A stretch of 64,000 nt of DNA, from assembly GCA_964016885.1 (NCBI GenBank), contig OZ024762.1, forward strand, positions 23,870,001 through 23,934,000, given 5' to 3'. Within the stretch, counting starts at the first letter, position 1, and the number at the start of each line of letters is the position of its first letter. The notes under the pieces were generated by a model. It saw nothing but the letters and a program-made list of their open reading frames with translations, did not search any database and had not been told where the DNA came from. This document shows, one piece after another, positions 13,584-28,004 of this stretch. The stretch is from Eledone cirrhosa. Lineage: Eukaryota. Both the position numbers and the translations under genes were made by a program.

Positions 13584-14280
13584 TGGTGAGATGTGGTGTG
13601 GTGGTTGGTATTGATGATATGGTGTGGTGGTGGTGGTGGGTGCTGGTTGTGGTGTAATTGTTGGTGGGGTGGTGCTCGTGGTTGGTGTTGGTGGGGCTGG
13701 TGGTGATGTGGTTGGGCTTGGTGGTGGTGTGGTGGTGAATGCTGGTTGTGGTGTAATTGTTGGTGGGGTGGTGGTGGTGGGGTGGTGGTGATGTGGTTGG
13801 GCTCGGTGGTGGTGGGTGCTGGTTGTGGTGTAATTGTTGGTAGGGTGGTGCTGGTGGTTGGTGTTGGTGGGGTGGTGGTGATGTGGTTGGGCTTGGTGGT
13901 GGTGTGGTGGTGAATGCTGGTTGTGGTGTAATTGTTGGTGGGGTGGTGTTGGTGGGGTGGTGGTGTGGTGGTGGATGCTGGTTGTGGTGTAATTGTTGGT
14001 GGGGTGGTGTTGGTGGGGTGGTGGTGATGTGGTTGGGCTTGGTGGTGGTGGTGTGGTGGTGGATGCTGGTTGTGGTGTAATTGTTGGTGGGGTGGTGCTG
14101 GTGGTTGGTGTTGGTGGGGTGGTGGTGATGTGGTTGAGCTTGGTGGTGGATGCTGGTTGTGGTGGTATGGTGCTGGTGGTGTGGTGGTTGGTGCTGGTGG
14201 TTGTGGTGTGGTGATGTGGTTGGTGGTGGTGTGGTGGTGTGTTGGTTGCTTGTGGTGTGGTGTGGTGGCTGGTGGTGCAG
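13584..14280. repeat. (GGT)n-rich complex tandem repeat
   Basis: Recurrent gctggttgtggtgtaattgttggtgggg units. Confidence 0.9.
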
Positions 14281-14555
14281 TTGTTAATATAGTTGTTTGT
14301 GAACCTATTTGTTTGTGATGTGAGGCGTCCATGAGCCGAGGTTCCAATTTATTTTCTCATTCTTCGCCCTTTATATATGTTTTTACCCCATTCTACCAAC
14401 TTAATGAAACTTAAGTCATTTATTAGACATATACACATATGTGTGTTTGTCTGAGTATGGTGTTGTATGTATATGATTGTGTATGGTGTGTGTGTGTGTC
14501 ACTTTTTTCAATTCCAACCCGCCTGTCCCCTTAATCTATTTTATTTCTCATTGTT

Positions 14556-14591
14556 TCTTCTGATGAAAGACTAGCGTCCGAAACGTTAAGA
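14556..14591 (+). ncRNA. Minimal hammerhead ribozyme-like motif (Penelope-type)
   Basis: TCTT-CTGATGA-aaGAC/GTCc-GAAA-CG-TT-AAGA; palindromic AACGTT stem III. Confidence 0.55.
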
Positions 14592-14677
14592 CCCTCTTCC
14601 TGCTATATCAAGCGTTAAACTAATATATTCCTTCCATATACTGTACCAATTGTGTTGTTATTTCTGTTTACCTTTTA

Positions 14678-14913
14678 TAAAAAACACACAGTCCACGCTG
14701 TAATGTGGCCATGTAGGTAACACGGTAAAAACCTCCCAGTTCCACACTGTAAATGTGGTTGGTGTTAGGAAAGGCATCCAGCCGTAGAAAACCCGCCAGA
14801 CAGTCCTATGCGAGTAAGACAACCACTCTTGCCTCAAGTGGGAAAACTCCCGTCCAAACCCATGCAAGCGTGGAATATGGACGTTAAACGATGATGATGA
14901 TGATGATGATGAT
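14678..14913 (+). mobile_element. RTE LINE 3' UTR fragment with (ATG)n tail
   Basis: Matches 29080-29300. Confidence 0.85.
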
Positions 14914-14920
14914 GTATATA

Positions 14921-15210
14921 TCTAGGGCGGGTAAAATTCCCGAGATCCATGGACGAGTTCTCTCTAGCGGTCTCTGTCCCTCATTATCGCTGCCATGTCC
15001 TGCGTCTCCAATAGACCAGTGTCTGTCCTTAGGGCATCAACATACGTTAACCTTGGTCTTCCTCTTCCAGTGTGTCCATGTAGGGGCTCCCACAGGAGCA
15101 CTGAGTGCAATGTCAACTCTGGATGTCGGTGAGCATGTCCAGCTAACCTCAGTCTCCTCTGTGTCACTTTTGAACTGACTTTTGGGAGGCTCCTGTACAG
15201 CTGTTTTTCA
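14921..15210 (-). mobile_element. RTE LINE 3' fragment, second family
   Basis: RRLRLAGHAHRH...LLWEP...GRGRPRLTYVD is a typical RTE C-terminus. Confidence 0.8.
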
Positions 15211-15584
15211 TCCTCATATATATATATGGAATTGTATGTATGTGTTTGTACATTGTGTGTGTGTGTATATATATGGAGTTGTATGTATGTTTGTGCATGG
15301 TGCGTGTGTGTGTATATCTATATATATGGAGTTGAATGTATATGTTTGTGCATGGTGCGTGTGTGTGTGTATGTTTGTGCATGGTGTGTGTATATGGTGT
15401 TGTATGTATGTCTTTGAGCACAGTGTGTGTGTGTGTGTGTATATGTTTGTGCTTGATGTGTGTGTGTGTATGTGTATATGTATATATATATATGTGGTTT
15501 TGTATGTGTGTTTAATCTGCAAAATTAATGTGTAAATGCTGTGTAGGTGCTAGAATACCATTTACAGTGTGTGGAACTGCGTTG

Positions 15585-18060
15585 GGTGTGGTGTGAGGTT
15601 GTGTGGAACCGTGAGAGAGGGGGTGAGGTGTGAGGTTGTGTGGAACTGTGAGAGAGGGGGTGAGGTGTGAGGTTGTGTGGAACTGAGAGAGGGGTAGAGG
15701 GGGTGGTGTGAGGTTGTGGAACTGGGAGAGAGGGGTAGAGGGGGAGGTGTGAGGTTGTGTGGAACCATGAAATGGTGGGGTGGGGGAGGAGTGAGTCTGA
15801 ATACTCATGACAATAGAATCTGTCAAATGATTGGTGGTGGTGTGGTGTTTTGTGGTATTGGTGGTGGTGGTGTAGGTGTTGGTGGTAGTGGTGTTAGTGG
15901 GCGTGTGGTGTGGTGGTGGTGATGTGGTGATGGTGTAGTTGTTGTTAGTCATGTGGTTGGTAGTGTAGTTGTTAGTGTGGTTGGTTGGTGTGGTTGGTGG
16001 TATTGTTGTTTGTGGTGTGATGGTGATGTGGTTGGTGGTGGTGTTTGTGATAATGGTGCAGTTGAGATGATGGTAATGGCTGATGTGATGGTGTTGGGGG
16101 TGGTACGATGATGGTGGTGGTGGTGGTGGGTTTTTGTGGTTAATGGTGGGGAGAGGGTTTTGTTGTTATAGTGGTGTTGCTATGATTATGATGGTGGGAG
16201 TGGTTGTTGTGGTTAGTGGTGGTGGTGGTGGTGGGGATTGGATTGTTGTGATAATGGTGGTGCTTTTGGTATGATGGTGAGGTTGTTACTGGTGGTGTGA
16301 TGGTAGTGGTGTCTTTGTGACAGCTAGTGTATGGGTGGTAGCGGAGTCGAGGAGATTTTTTGGGGGTGTTGTTACTGGTAGTGTCGATGGTGGTGGTGTG
16401 GTTGATGGCAGAGGTGATGTGATATTAGGGGATGTTGGGCTGTTGTTGATGGTGGTGTTGATGGTGATGTTGTTGGTGTTGTGATGGTGTTGTGATGTTG
16501 GTGATGATGGTGTTGATGGTGATGTTGTTGGTGTTGTGATGGTGGTGTGATGGTGGTGTTGATGGTGATGGTGTTGAGATGGTGATGGTGGGTTGGTGAT
16601 GTTGGTGTTGATGGTGATGTTGTTGGTGTTGAGATGGTGTTGTGATGGTGATGTTGGTGATGATGTTGATGGTGTTGTGATGGTAATGTTGGTGATGATG
16701 TTGGTGGTGGTGTGATGGTAATGTTGATGGTGGTGTTGATGGTGATGGTGTTGAGCTGGTGGTGGTGTGATGGTGGTGTGATGTTGGTGGTGGTGTGATG
16801 TTGGTGGTGCTGTAGATGGTGATGGTAGTGTGATGGTGGAGGTGTTGATGTGATGGTGGAGGTGATTGTGGTGGTATGGTGATGAAGGGAATGGTGTTGT
16901 AGATGGTGGTGTGATGGTGATGGTGGTGTGATGTTGGTGTTGGTGTTGGTGGTGCTGTAGATGGTGGAGGTGTTGATGTGATGGTGGAGGTGATTGTGGT
17001 GGTATGGTGATGAAGGGAATGGTGTTGTAGATGGTGGGGGTGTGATGTCAATAGTAGCAACAAAGCTGGTGGTGCTACACTAATGGCGGAATATTGAATT
17101 AGTAACTTGCTTTGGCTTTTATAATGGGCTTTTTACTGTAGGTGGTGGTGGTGGTGGTGGTGGTGCTGGTGGTGGTGCTGGTGGTGGTGGTGGTGGTGGT
17201 GGTGGTGGTGGTGGTGATAGTGGTGGTGGTGGTGGTGGTGCTGGTGGTGGTGGTGGTGGTGGTGATAGTGGTGGTGGTGCTGGTGGTGGTGGTGCTGGTG
17301 GTGGTGGTGGTGGTAGTGGTACTAGTGGTGGTGGTGGTGGTGGCAGTGGTGGTGGTGGTGGTGCTGGTGGTGGTGGTGGTGGTAGTGGTGATAGTGGTGG
17401 TGGTGGTGGTGGCAGTGGTGGTGGTGGTGGTGGTGGTAATGATGATGGTAGCAGTGGTGGTAGTGGAGGTGGTGATAGTGGTGGTGGTGGTGGTGATAGT
17501 GGTGGTGGTGGTGCTGGTGGTTGTGGTGGTGGTGATGATAGTGGTGGTGGTTGTGATAGTGGTGGTGGTGGTGGTGGTGCTGGTGGTCGTGGTGGTGGTG
17601 ATGATGGTGCTGGTGATAGTGGTGGTGGTGGTGGTGGTGTGGGGTTGTGACAGGACTTGTGTAGGTAGAGGTGGTGTTGATGATAGTGGTGATAGTGGTG
17701 GTGGTGGTGTCTGTGGTGGTGGTGGTGGTGTCTGTGTGTGTGGGGGGGTGTCTGTGTGGTGGTGGTGGTGTCTGTGTGGGGGGTGTCTGTGTGGTGGTGG
17801 TGGTGTCTGTGTGGGGGGTGTCTGTGTTGGGGGTGTCTGTGTGGTGGTGGTGGTGTCTGTGTGTGTGTGGGGGGTGTCTGTGTGGTGGTGGTGGTGATGA
17901 TTGTGATGATGATGATGATGATAATGGTTGTAGTGTTACTGTTGATGATGGTGGTGGTGATGATGACAATGTTAGTGGTGATAGTCTTGTTGATGATGAT
18001 GCTGGCAATGTCATTGTTTCTGTTAATCATGAGAATAACAATGATGATGATGATGATGAT
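15585..18060. repeat. GT/GGT/GAT-rich low-complexity tandem region
   Basis: Direct inspection; only short unique islands. Confidence 0.9.
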
Positions 18061-18074
18061 TAAATTGATACATT

Positions 18075-19516
<1,442 letters not shown>

Positions 19517-20002
19517 AATATTTTATTCATTACATTTGCAACACATTAGACAAAGTGTCTGCTTCAATAAGCTGAGTGTCAACAAAAAGCCTAGAAAATG
19601 AAATTTGGTACACAGAAACTATGCAAAAGCCCATTGGATGGAGTGTTACTGCTCTCACATGGTAGATTTACCTTATTGCCTAGTTGTCTTGTTGCCTAGT
19701 TACCTTGTTGTCTAGTAGCTTAGTGGTGAGAGAGTTGGATTCACAATTGTGAGGTTGTGAGTTTGATTCCCAGACCAGGCAATGTGTTATGTCTTTGAGC
19801 AAGACTCTAATATTCCCCCCTCCATACACAAGCACGCATGTATCTGTGTGTATATCCTGACTCATACCCTGTACATTTTCCTGACATTTCTACATTATTC
19901 TATGTACTATACATGCACCTTTGATGAGTTGTAGTGCACCTGGGAACTGTACACAATAATTTTCATTTTTATTTACATTCACAAGGACTTGTACCTAAAT
20001 TA

Positions 20003-20350
20003 GAAACAATTATTGTATTCACAAATCATGCTTTGTAGCACAGAGTTACGGCCCTTTATGGTCTGAGTTCAAATCCTGCCGAGGTTAACTTTGACTGTCA
20101 CCCTTACGGGGTCGATAAAATAAAGTACCAGTAATGTACTGGGTAATTGCTGGCCTTGTGCCAAAAGTAGAAACAATTATTGTATTCACAAATCATGCTT
20201 TGTAGCACAGAGTTACGGCCCTTTATGGTCTGAGTTCAAATCCTGCCGAGGTTATCTTTGACTTTCACCCTTACGGGGTCGATAAAATAAAGTACCAGTA
20301 ATGTACTGGGTATTTGCTGGCCTTGTGCCAAAAGTAGAAACAATTATTGT
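20003..20350 (+). mobile_element. Tandem pair of 5'-truncated SINE B copies (167-bp period)
   Basis: gaaacaattattgtattcacaa at 20003, 20170 and 20337. Confidence 0.85.
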
Positions 20351-20751
20351 ATTCACAACCACAACAGCAACAGCAACATTCATAACAACGCATGTGTATG
20401 GATATCATGTACTATACATGCACCTTTGATGAGTTGTAGTGCACCTGAGCACTGTATACAATCATTTTCATTATATCATGACTTATACACTGTTCACTTT
20501 CCTGAGAATTGTACATTATTCTATGGATTGGCAGTATCGGTAGAGGGTCGGGCACCATGCTTTTCAGCATAGAGTTACATCCCTTTGCGGTCTGATTTCA
20601 AATCAGCAATAGAAAGAGAGACATATATATATATATTTTTTTTTGTCTGAGGAGGACATGTTTTACTTTGTTATACATAAAACTTTACACCTTCGAAATA
20701 TATATAAGGAAATAAATAGAGATGATATTCGTTTATTACTAATATATATAT

Positions 20752-21204
20752 ATCATCATCATCATCATCATCATCATCACCGTTTTACGTCCGTTCTTCC
20801 ACGCTAGCATGGGTTAGACGGGTTGTCCTGTTGTGGGCAGTGTCTGGTCGGCTAACCATGCCTTGCTCATACAGGAACTGATCTGGCTCATTTCTACAGC
20901 TGGATGCCCTTCCTAACACCAACCTCATTTACAGTGAGTGCTGGGTGCTTTTTCGTGGCGCCTACACGTCCACTTTACAGTATGGGCTGGGTGCTTTTTT
21001 GCAGTGGCACCTCCACGACCACCTTGCGGTGGGGGGTGTGGGGGCATATTGTCTATATGCTTCAGCTTGTACCCATGGGAGGTCGGGTACTCTGTATTAC
21101 TGCGTGACGCCAGAAGTCACGGTCGTGTGTCATTGCCTTTGAGAGGTGTAATTGGGTAAGGTCGGCTTTTATCACCTCATCCCAGGTCATCTTGGGTCTC
21201 CCCA
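20752..21204 (-). mobile_element. RTE LINE 3' fragment (subfamily of 8120-8998)
   Basis: GRPKMTWDEVIKADL; 3' UTR and (ATG)n tail. Confidence 0.85.
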
Positions 21205-21368
21205 CACATATATATATATATATATATATATAAAATAAGGAACTGGAATCATGATTCCAGTTCCTCGGAGAAATAACAACACAACCGGGAGCTGGACATA
21301 TCGATGTGTTGACAGAGTAAAACACACTTCAACAACATGTGTACCTGTCTTTCCCACACCAATTCGGC

Positions 21369-21421
21369 CTGCCTGAAGAGGTCACAGCCAATAAGAGCTG
21401 TCACCGAAATATATATAGCAG
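21369..21421 (+). ncRNA. Type I hammerhead ribozyme-like motif
   Basis: CTGC-CTGAAGA-GGTCACAGC/GCTGTCACC-GAAA-TATATA-TA-GCAG. Confidence 0.65.
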
Positions 21422-21590
21422 TATATCTATAATTTATAATAAACGAAGCCAAATTTTACATATTTGACTTAATTATTTTACATTACTCCAGAGTAAACAA
21501 ACCAACCTGCGTACTTCATTGAGTGCTCCAATCTGCACACTGAGGTGTCGGTAAACAACCAACATATACTCAACCAACATATACCAATAT

Positions 21591-21647
<57 letters not shown>

Positions 21648-21767
21648 GGAGGTGAGTTTTATTGTAGTACAATAAAGCAATGCAGATATCGGATAAGAAG
21701 CACTCTACAGTTTGTAGGACTTGAGTATACATAATATATAAGAAAAGATGGTTAAAAGAGTTCCATG

Positions 21768-21838
21768 TATTTTATTATGCGCATTTCAAAAACAAATACC
21801 ATCATGCAATAATATTTGTGTTTTCATCAGATAAAACA
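21768..21838 (-). ncRNA. Type I hammerhead ribozyme-like motif inside ~250-bp element 21644-21896
   Basis: Near-identical to 41477-41547. Confidence 0.65.
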
Positions 21839-22842
21839 GGAAGACATGATATGAAGGTTAAAAAACACTTGTGGATAGTGCAGTTTTAAATCAACATATA
21901 TATATATATATATTATATATATTAAAGGAGTGAAAAATAACATGGTTCGGCTGTACAATAGGGTTTATTCAGAGTATTTACAAATGTTTCATTAGTCCGG
22001 TGTGTCTAAGAACTGCTGTTCGTAAAATGCTATGTCACTCGATTTTAATTACAGTTGATACCCAACCAAATCTTTAGAATACTGATTTGTGTACATTATA
22101 TAGTGCGTTAGTATTTATAGATACATGAAAATACCAAGAATAAAAGCAAGAAAAATAATTGTTTCTACTTTTGGCACAAGGCCAGCAATTATCCCTGTGT
22201 ATTACTGGTGCTTTATTTTATTCACCTTTTCTCTATATCCACTGTTTTGTATAGAACCTTACTTCCCTTTTCTAATACATACATACATACATCTATCTAT
22301 ATACACATATACACACACACTCACATATGTATTGGTAAATGACTGAAAAATGTAATTTTTCAAAATATTTCAGGTGGATATATATATATATATTTTTTCC
22401 CCCTTCAGAATTATCTTTTCTTTAAATAGTCTTCTTTAGTTAGAGGTGGATAAAGGGTAGGGTGGATAGGGAGAGGTAGCTATTCCTTTATTTTTTTCTT
22501 TAACTTCTTTTACTATTTTCCATCCATTTTTTTTTGTTGTTTTTGTTTTTTTTTTGTTGAGATGGTGGGGGTGGGTATGTGTGAGAATAATTTTTTGTAT
22601 AATTAACACTTTCGTTTTCTTTAATTATTTCCTATCCCCCTCCCACCTCTGCTCACTATTCCTCCTCCTACCTCTCCCCATTACTAAATGTCTTTCGAAA
22701 CTGATTGCAATTAACAGCTATTTTCGACAAAATTATCCAAATAGAATTTTTTCATATGAAAAAAAGAGAAAAGAGAAGAGAGAGAAAAAAAAGCACTAGA
22801 AAACAAATGAAAAAGCAATAATCTTAACAACAACAACAAGGA

Positions 22843-23010
22843 TTGCAATATGGTGGGAACACTTACAAAAAACTGCATTGCTTGGAACAGCTCAAATACT
22901 CCGGAGGGGACTTGAAAATGATGGCCTGTTACCTCGGTTCACTGGAACAGCTAACACTGTAATACATCTCCACTGTTACAAGCTGAGCGAAGAAATAATA
23001 ATAATAATAA
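22843..23010 (+). mobile_element. 3' end of R4/Dong-like (RLE) non-LTR retrotransposon
   Basis: EHLQKTALLGTAQILRR resembles the R4/Dong C-terminal motif; ends in (TAA)n. Confidence 0.65.
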
Positions 23011-23453
23011 TTGTTTCTACTTTAGGTACAAGGCCAGCAATTACCCCAGTGCATTACTGGTACTTTATTTTATCGACCCCATTAGGATGAAAGGCAAAGT
23101 CAACTTCGGCGGGATTTGAACTCAGATCGTAAAGGGACGTAACTATGCTGGAAAGCATGGCGTCTGACCCTCCACCGATACTGCCAATCCACTGAAAATA
23201 TAATAGTATATATAGAGTAAGGTAAATGGTAAAGGGTTAACTATTGATTTTTCTTGCAGATGGCGTACCAATGTATTTTATCTCTGTGGGGTTTGGGGTT
23301 TTTTTACTCTCTTTTTTTTTTGTTGCTTTGACCCCGTAAGGATGAAAGGCAAAGTCAACCTCGGCGGGATTTGAACTCAGATCATAAAGGGACGTAACTA
23401 TGCTGGAAAGCATGGCGTCCGACCCTCTACCGATACTGCCAATCCACCGCCCC
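23010..23453 (-). mobile_element. SINE B copies plus a captured segment copied from 36806-36946
   Basis: 23010-23332 is the reverse complement of about 36806-37130. Confidence 0.85.
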
Positions 23454-23489
23454 AAACAATAATAATAATAATAATGATTTGTATTATAG

Positions 23490-25673
23490 CAACAAGGCCA
23501 GCAATTATCCCAGTGAATCACTGGTACTTTATTTTATCGACCCCGTAAGGATGAAAGGCAAAGTTAACCTTGGTGGGATTTGAACTCAGACCATAAAGGG
23601 CCGTAGTTCTTTGTTGCAAAGCATGGCGTCAGACCCTCTACCGATACTGCCAATCCCCCACCCATGGAGTCAGACTCTCCACCGATACTGCCAATCCCCC
23701 ACCCATGGAGTCAGACCCTCCACCGATACTGCCAATCCCCCACCCATGGCGTCAGACCCTCCACCAATACTGCCAATCCCCCACCCATGGCGTCAGACCC
23801 TCCACCGATACTGCCAATCCCCCACCCATGGCGTCAGACCCTCTACCAATACTGCCAATCCCCCACCCATGGCGTCAGACCCTCCACCGATACTGCCAAT
23901 CCCCCACCCATGGCGTCAGACCCTCTACCGATACTGCCAATCCCCCACCCATGGCGTCAGACCCTCCACCGATACTGCCAATCCCCCACCCATGGCGTCA
24001 GACCCTCCACGGATACTGCCAATCCCCCACCCATAGTGTCAGACCCTCCACCGATACTGCCAATCCCCCACCCATGGCGTCAGACCCTCCACTGATACTG
24101 CCAATCCCCCACCCATGGTGCCAGACCCTCCACCGATACTGCCAATCCCCCACCCATGGCGTCAGACCCTCCACCGATACTGCCAATCCCCCACCCATGG
24201 CGTCAGACCCTCCACTGATACTGCCAATCCCCCACCCATGGCGTCAGACCCTCCACTGATACTGCCAATCCCCCACCCATGGAGTGAGACCCTCCACCGA
24301 TACTGCCAATCCCCCACCCATGGAGTCAGACCCTCTACCGATACTGCCAATCCCCCACCCATGGAGTGAGACCCTCCACCGATACTGCCAATCCCCCACC
24401 CATGGAGTGAGACCCTCCACCGATACTGCCAATCCCCCACCCATGGAGTCAGACCCTCTACCGATACTGCCAATCCCCCACCCATGGAGTGAGACCCTCC
24501 CCCGATACTGCCAATCCCCCACCCATGGAGTCAGACCCTCTACCGATACTGCCAATCCCCCACCCATGGAGTGAGACCCTCCCCTGATACTGCCAATCCC
24601 CCACCCATGGAGTCAGACCCTCTACCGATACTGCCAATCCCCCACCCATGGTGTCAGACCCTCCACCGATACTGCCAATCTCCCACCCATGGTGTCAGAC
24701 CCTCCACCGATACTGCCAATCCCCCACCCATGGAGTCAGACCCTCTACCGATACTGCCAATCCCCCACCCATGGAGTGAGACCCTCCACCGATACTGCCA
24801 ATCCCCCACCCATGGTGTCAGACCCTCCACCGATACTGCCAATCTCCCACCCATGGTGTCAGACCCTCCACCGATACTGCCAATCCCCCACCCATGGAGT
24901 CAGACCCTCTACCGATACTGCCAATCCCCCACCCATGGAGTGAGACCCTCCACCGATACTGCCAATCCCCCACCCATGGTGTCAGACCCTCCACCGATAC
25001 TGCCAATCTCCCACCCATGGTGTCAGACCCTCCACCGATACTGCCAATCCCCCACCCATGGAGTCAGACCCTCTACCGATACTGCCAATCCCCCACCCAT
25101 GGAGTCAGACCCTCTACCGATACTGCCAATCCCCCACCCATGGAGTGAGACCCTCCCCTGATACTGCCAATCCCCCACCCATGGAGTCAGACCCTCCACC
25201 GATACTGCCAATCCCCCACCCATGGTGTCAGACCCTCCACCGATACTGCCAATCCCCCACCCATGGAGTGAGACCCTCCACCGATACTGCCAATCCCCCA
25301 CCCATGGAGTGAGACCCTCCACTGATACTGCCAATCCCCCACCCATGGAGTGAGACCCTCCACCGATACTGCCAATCCCCCACCCATGGTGTCAGACCCT
25401 CCACCGATACTGCCAATCCCCCACCCATGGAGTCAGACCCTCCCCTGATACTGCCAATCCCCCACCCATGGAGTGAGACCCTCCACCGATACTGCCAATC
25501 CCCCACCCATGGAGTCAGACCCGCCCCTGATACTGCCAATCCCCCACCCATGGAGTCAGACCCTCCCCTGATACTGCCAATCCCCCACCCATGGAGTGAG
25601 ACCCTCCACTGATACTGCCAATCCCCCACCCATGGTGTCAGACCCTCCACCGATACTGCCAATCCCCACCGCC
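23490..25673 (-). mobile_element. Single SINE B whose 41-bp head is amplified ~50 times
   Basis: SINE body at 23490-23621, array, then the true 5' end GGCGGTGGGGATTGGC at 25673. Confidence 0.85.
23622..25670. repeat. 41-bp minisatellite catggagtcagaccctccaccgatactgccaatcccccacc, ~50 copies
   Basis: Contiguous units with no spacers. Confidence 0.97.
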
Positions 25674-25689
25674 GTAATAATAATAATAA

Positions 25690-26118
25690 TGGTATCTACT
25701 ATAGACACAAGGCCAGCAATTTTGGGGGAGGGGAAAGTAAATTAGATCGACCTCAGTACATTACTGGTACTTTATTTTATCAACCCCGTAACGATGAAAG
25801 GCAAAGCTAACCTTTCATCCTTACATGGCCGATAAAACAAAATACCAGTAACGCACTGGGGTCGAGTTAGTCGTCTTTTGCCAGCCCCAAAATTGCTGGG
25901 TTTGTGCCTATATCAAAAATCTCGGCAGTATCGGTAGAGCATCGGACAGCATAGGGTTATGGCCCTTTATGTTCTGAGTTCAAATCTCGTCTTGGTTAGC
26001 TTTGCCATTCATCCTCACGTGGGTCAATAAAATAAAGTACCAGTAGTGCACTGGGGTAGATTTACTCAACTTTTCCCTCCCTTTCAAATTGCTGGTCTTG
26101 TGCCTAAAGTAGAAACCT
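25690..26118. mobile_element. Cluster of SINE B fragments in both orientations
   Basis: Shared TTTCATCC...AAATAAAGTACCAG motif. Confidence 0.8.
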
Positions 26119-26469
26119 TTATTACCGAATAATGGTTTCTTTATTAACCACACAGGACTCACAATGGAAAGCCATCTCTGGTGTTGACTAGCACTGTCTT
26201 GAGAAGATCTTGAGAAGGTCTTTATCAATTTAAAAAACTTGCAATGATTTTAATGTTTCTGCCACTGTGATATCATTTCTATGGCTTCTATGACAATTAA
26301 TTTTAAAATGTGTATCAAATTTAGCTCCAGATGTCAGATTGACACAGGGCATGGTTTGGGAAAGAAGCAGAATTCAAAAGAAGTTTCAAATAATAATGTT
26401 TTCTTTATTAACCACAAGGGTTTATATAAAGTAGACATTAAGGACAGTACAGGACAATAATAATCACAA

Positions 26470-27414
26470 TTGTTTCTACTTTTGGCACAAAGCAAGCAAA
26501 TTACTCCAGTGCATTACTGGTGCTTTAAAGTTAACCTTGGCGGGGATTTGAATGCAGAACGTAAAGGGCCATAACTCTGTGTTGTCAAGCATGGCGTCCG
26601 ACCCTCTACCAATGCTGCCAATCTCCCGACCTGTGTTTCTATTTTGGCACAAGGCCAGCAATTTACCCCAGTGTATTACTGGTACTTTATTTTATCGACC
26701 CCCGTAAGGATGAAAGGCAAAGTTAACCTCGGCGGGATTTGAACTCAGAACGTAAAGGACCATAACTCTATGCTGCCAAGCGTGGCGTCCGACCCTCTAC
26801 CAATGCTGCCAATCTCCCGACCTGTGTTTCTTTTTTGGCACAAGGTCAGCAATTTACCCCAGTGTATTACTGGTACTTTATTTTATCAACCCCCGTAAGG
26901 ATGAAAGGCAAAGTTAACCTCGGCGGGATTTGAACGTAGAACGTAAAGGGCCATAACTCTGTGCTGCCAAGCATGGCATCCGACCCTCTACCAATGCTGC
27001 CAATCTCCCGACCTGTGTTTCTATTTTGGCACAAGGCCAGCAATTTACCCCAGTGTATTACTGGTACTTTATTTTATCAACCCCCGTAAGGATGAAAGGC
27101 AAAGTTAACCTCGGCGGGATTTGAACTCAGAATTTAAAGGGCCATAACTCTATGCTGCGAAACCTGGTGTCTCGCGCTCTAATGATACTGTCAATCTTGG
27201 TTTCTGATTTAGGCACAAAGCCAAGAATTTTGGTGGAGGGGAAAAGTCGATTAAGTCAACACCAGTGTATTACTGGTACGTTTTGTTATTGACCCTGTAT
27301 AGATGAAAAGTAAAGCTAACTTCAGTGGGATTTGAACTCAGAACGTAAAGGGCCATAACACTATGCTGCAAAGCATGATGTCTGACGCTCTACTAATACT
27401 GCCAATTCACCGCC
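26470..27414 (-). mobile_element. Head-to-tail array of ~5 SINE B copies (191-bp period)
   Basis: ctgtgtttc at 26631, 26822 and 27013. Confidence 0.88.
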
Positions 27415-27458
27415 CTTATAATAATAATACAAAACCGTTTTGCTGGTTTGAGAGCTGA

Positions 27459-27858
27459 TGAGGGTGAAGATGTGTGAGGGTGAAGATGTGTGAGGGTGAA
27501 GATGTGTGAGGGTGAAGATGTGTGAGGGTGAAGATGTGTGAGGGTGAAGATGTGTGAGGGTGAAGATGTGTGAGGGTGAAGATGTGTGAGGGTGAAGATG
27601 TGTGTGGGTGAAGATGTGTGAGGGTGAAGATGTGTGAGGGTGAAGATGTGTGAGGGTGAAGATGTGTGAGGATGAAGATGTGTGAGGGTGAAGATGTGTG
27701 AGGGTGAAGATGTGTGAGGGTGAAGATGTGTGAGGGTGAAGGTGTGTGAGGGTGAAGATGTGTGAGGGTGAAGATGTGTGAGGGTGAAGATGTGTGTGGG
27801 TGAAGATGTGTGAGGGTGAAGATGTGTGAGGGTGAAGATGTGTGAGGGTGAAGATGTG
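27459..27858. repeat. 16-bp minisatellite gagggtgaagatgtgt, ~25 copies
   Basis: Direct inspection. Confidence 0.97.
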
Positions 27859-27943
27859 TTGTACATGGCCTTTATTTCATTTTATTTTATTTTTTTTAAT
27901 ATATATAGAGGTCCAGCCATTTCGACAGCTAGATCCGAATTGC

Positions 27944-28003
<60 letters not shown>

Positions 28004-28004
<1 letters not shown>

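Noticed and set aside
23622-25670. CRISPR-like array
   Set aside because: Contiguous 41-bp units without unique spacers, no cas genes, eukaryotic context; the unit is a SINE head.
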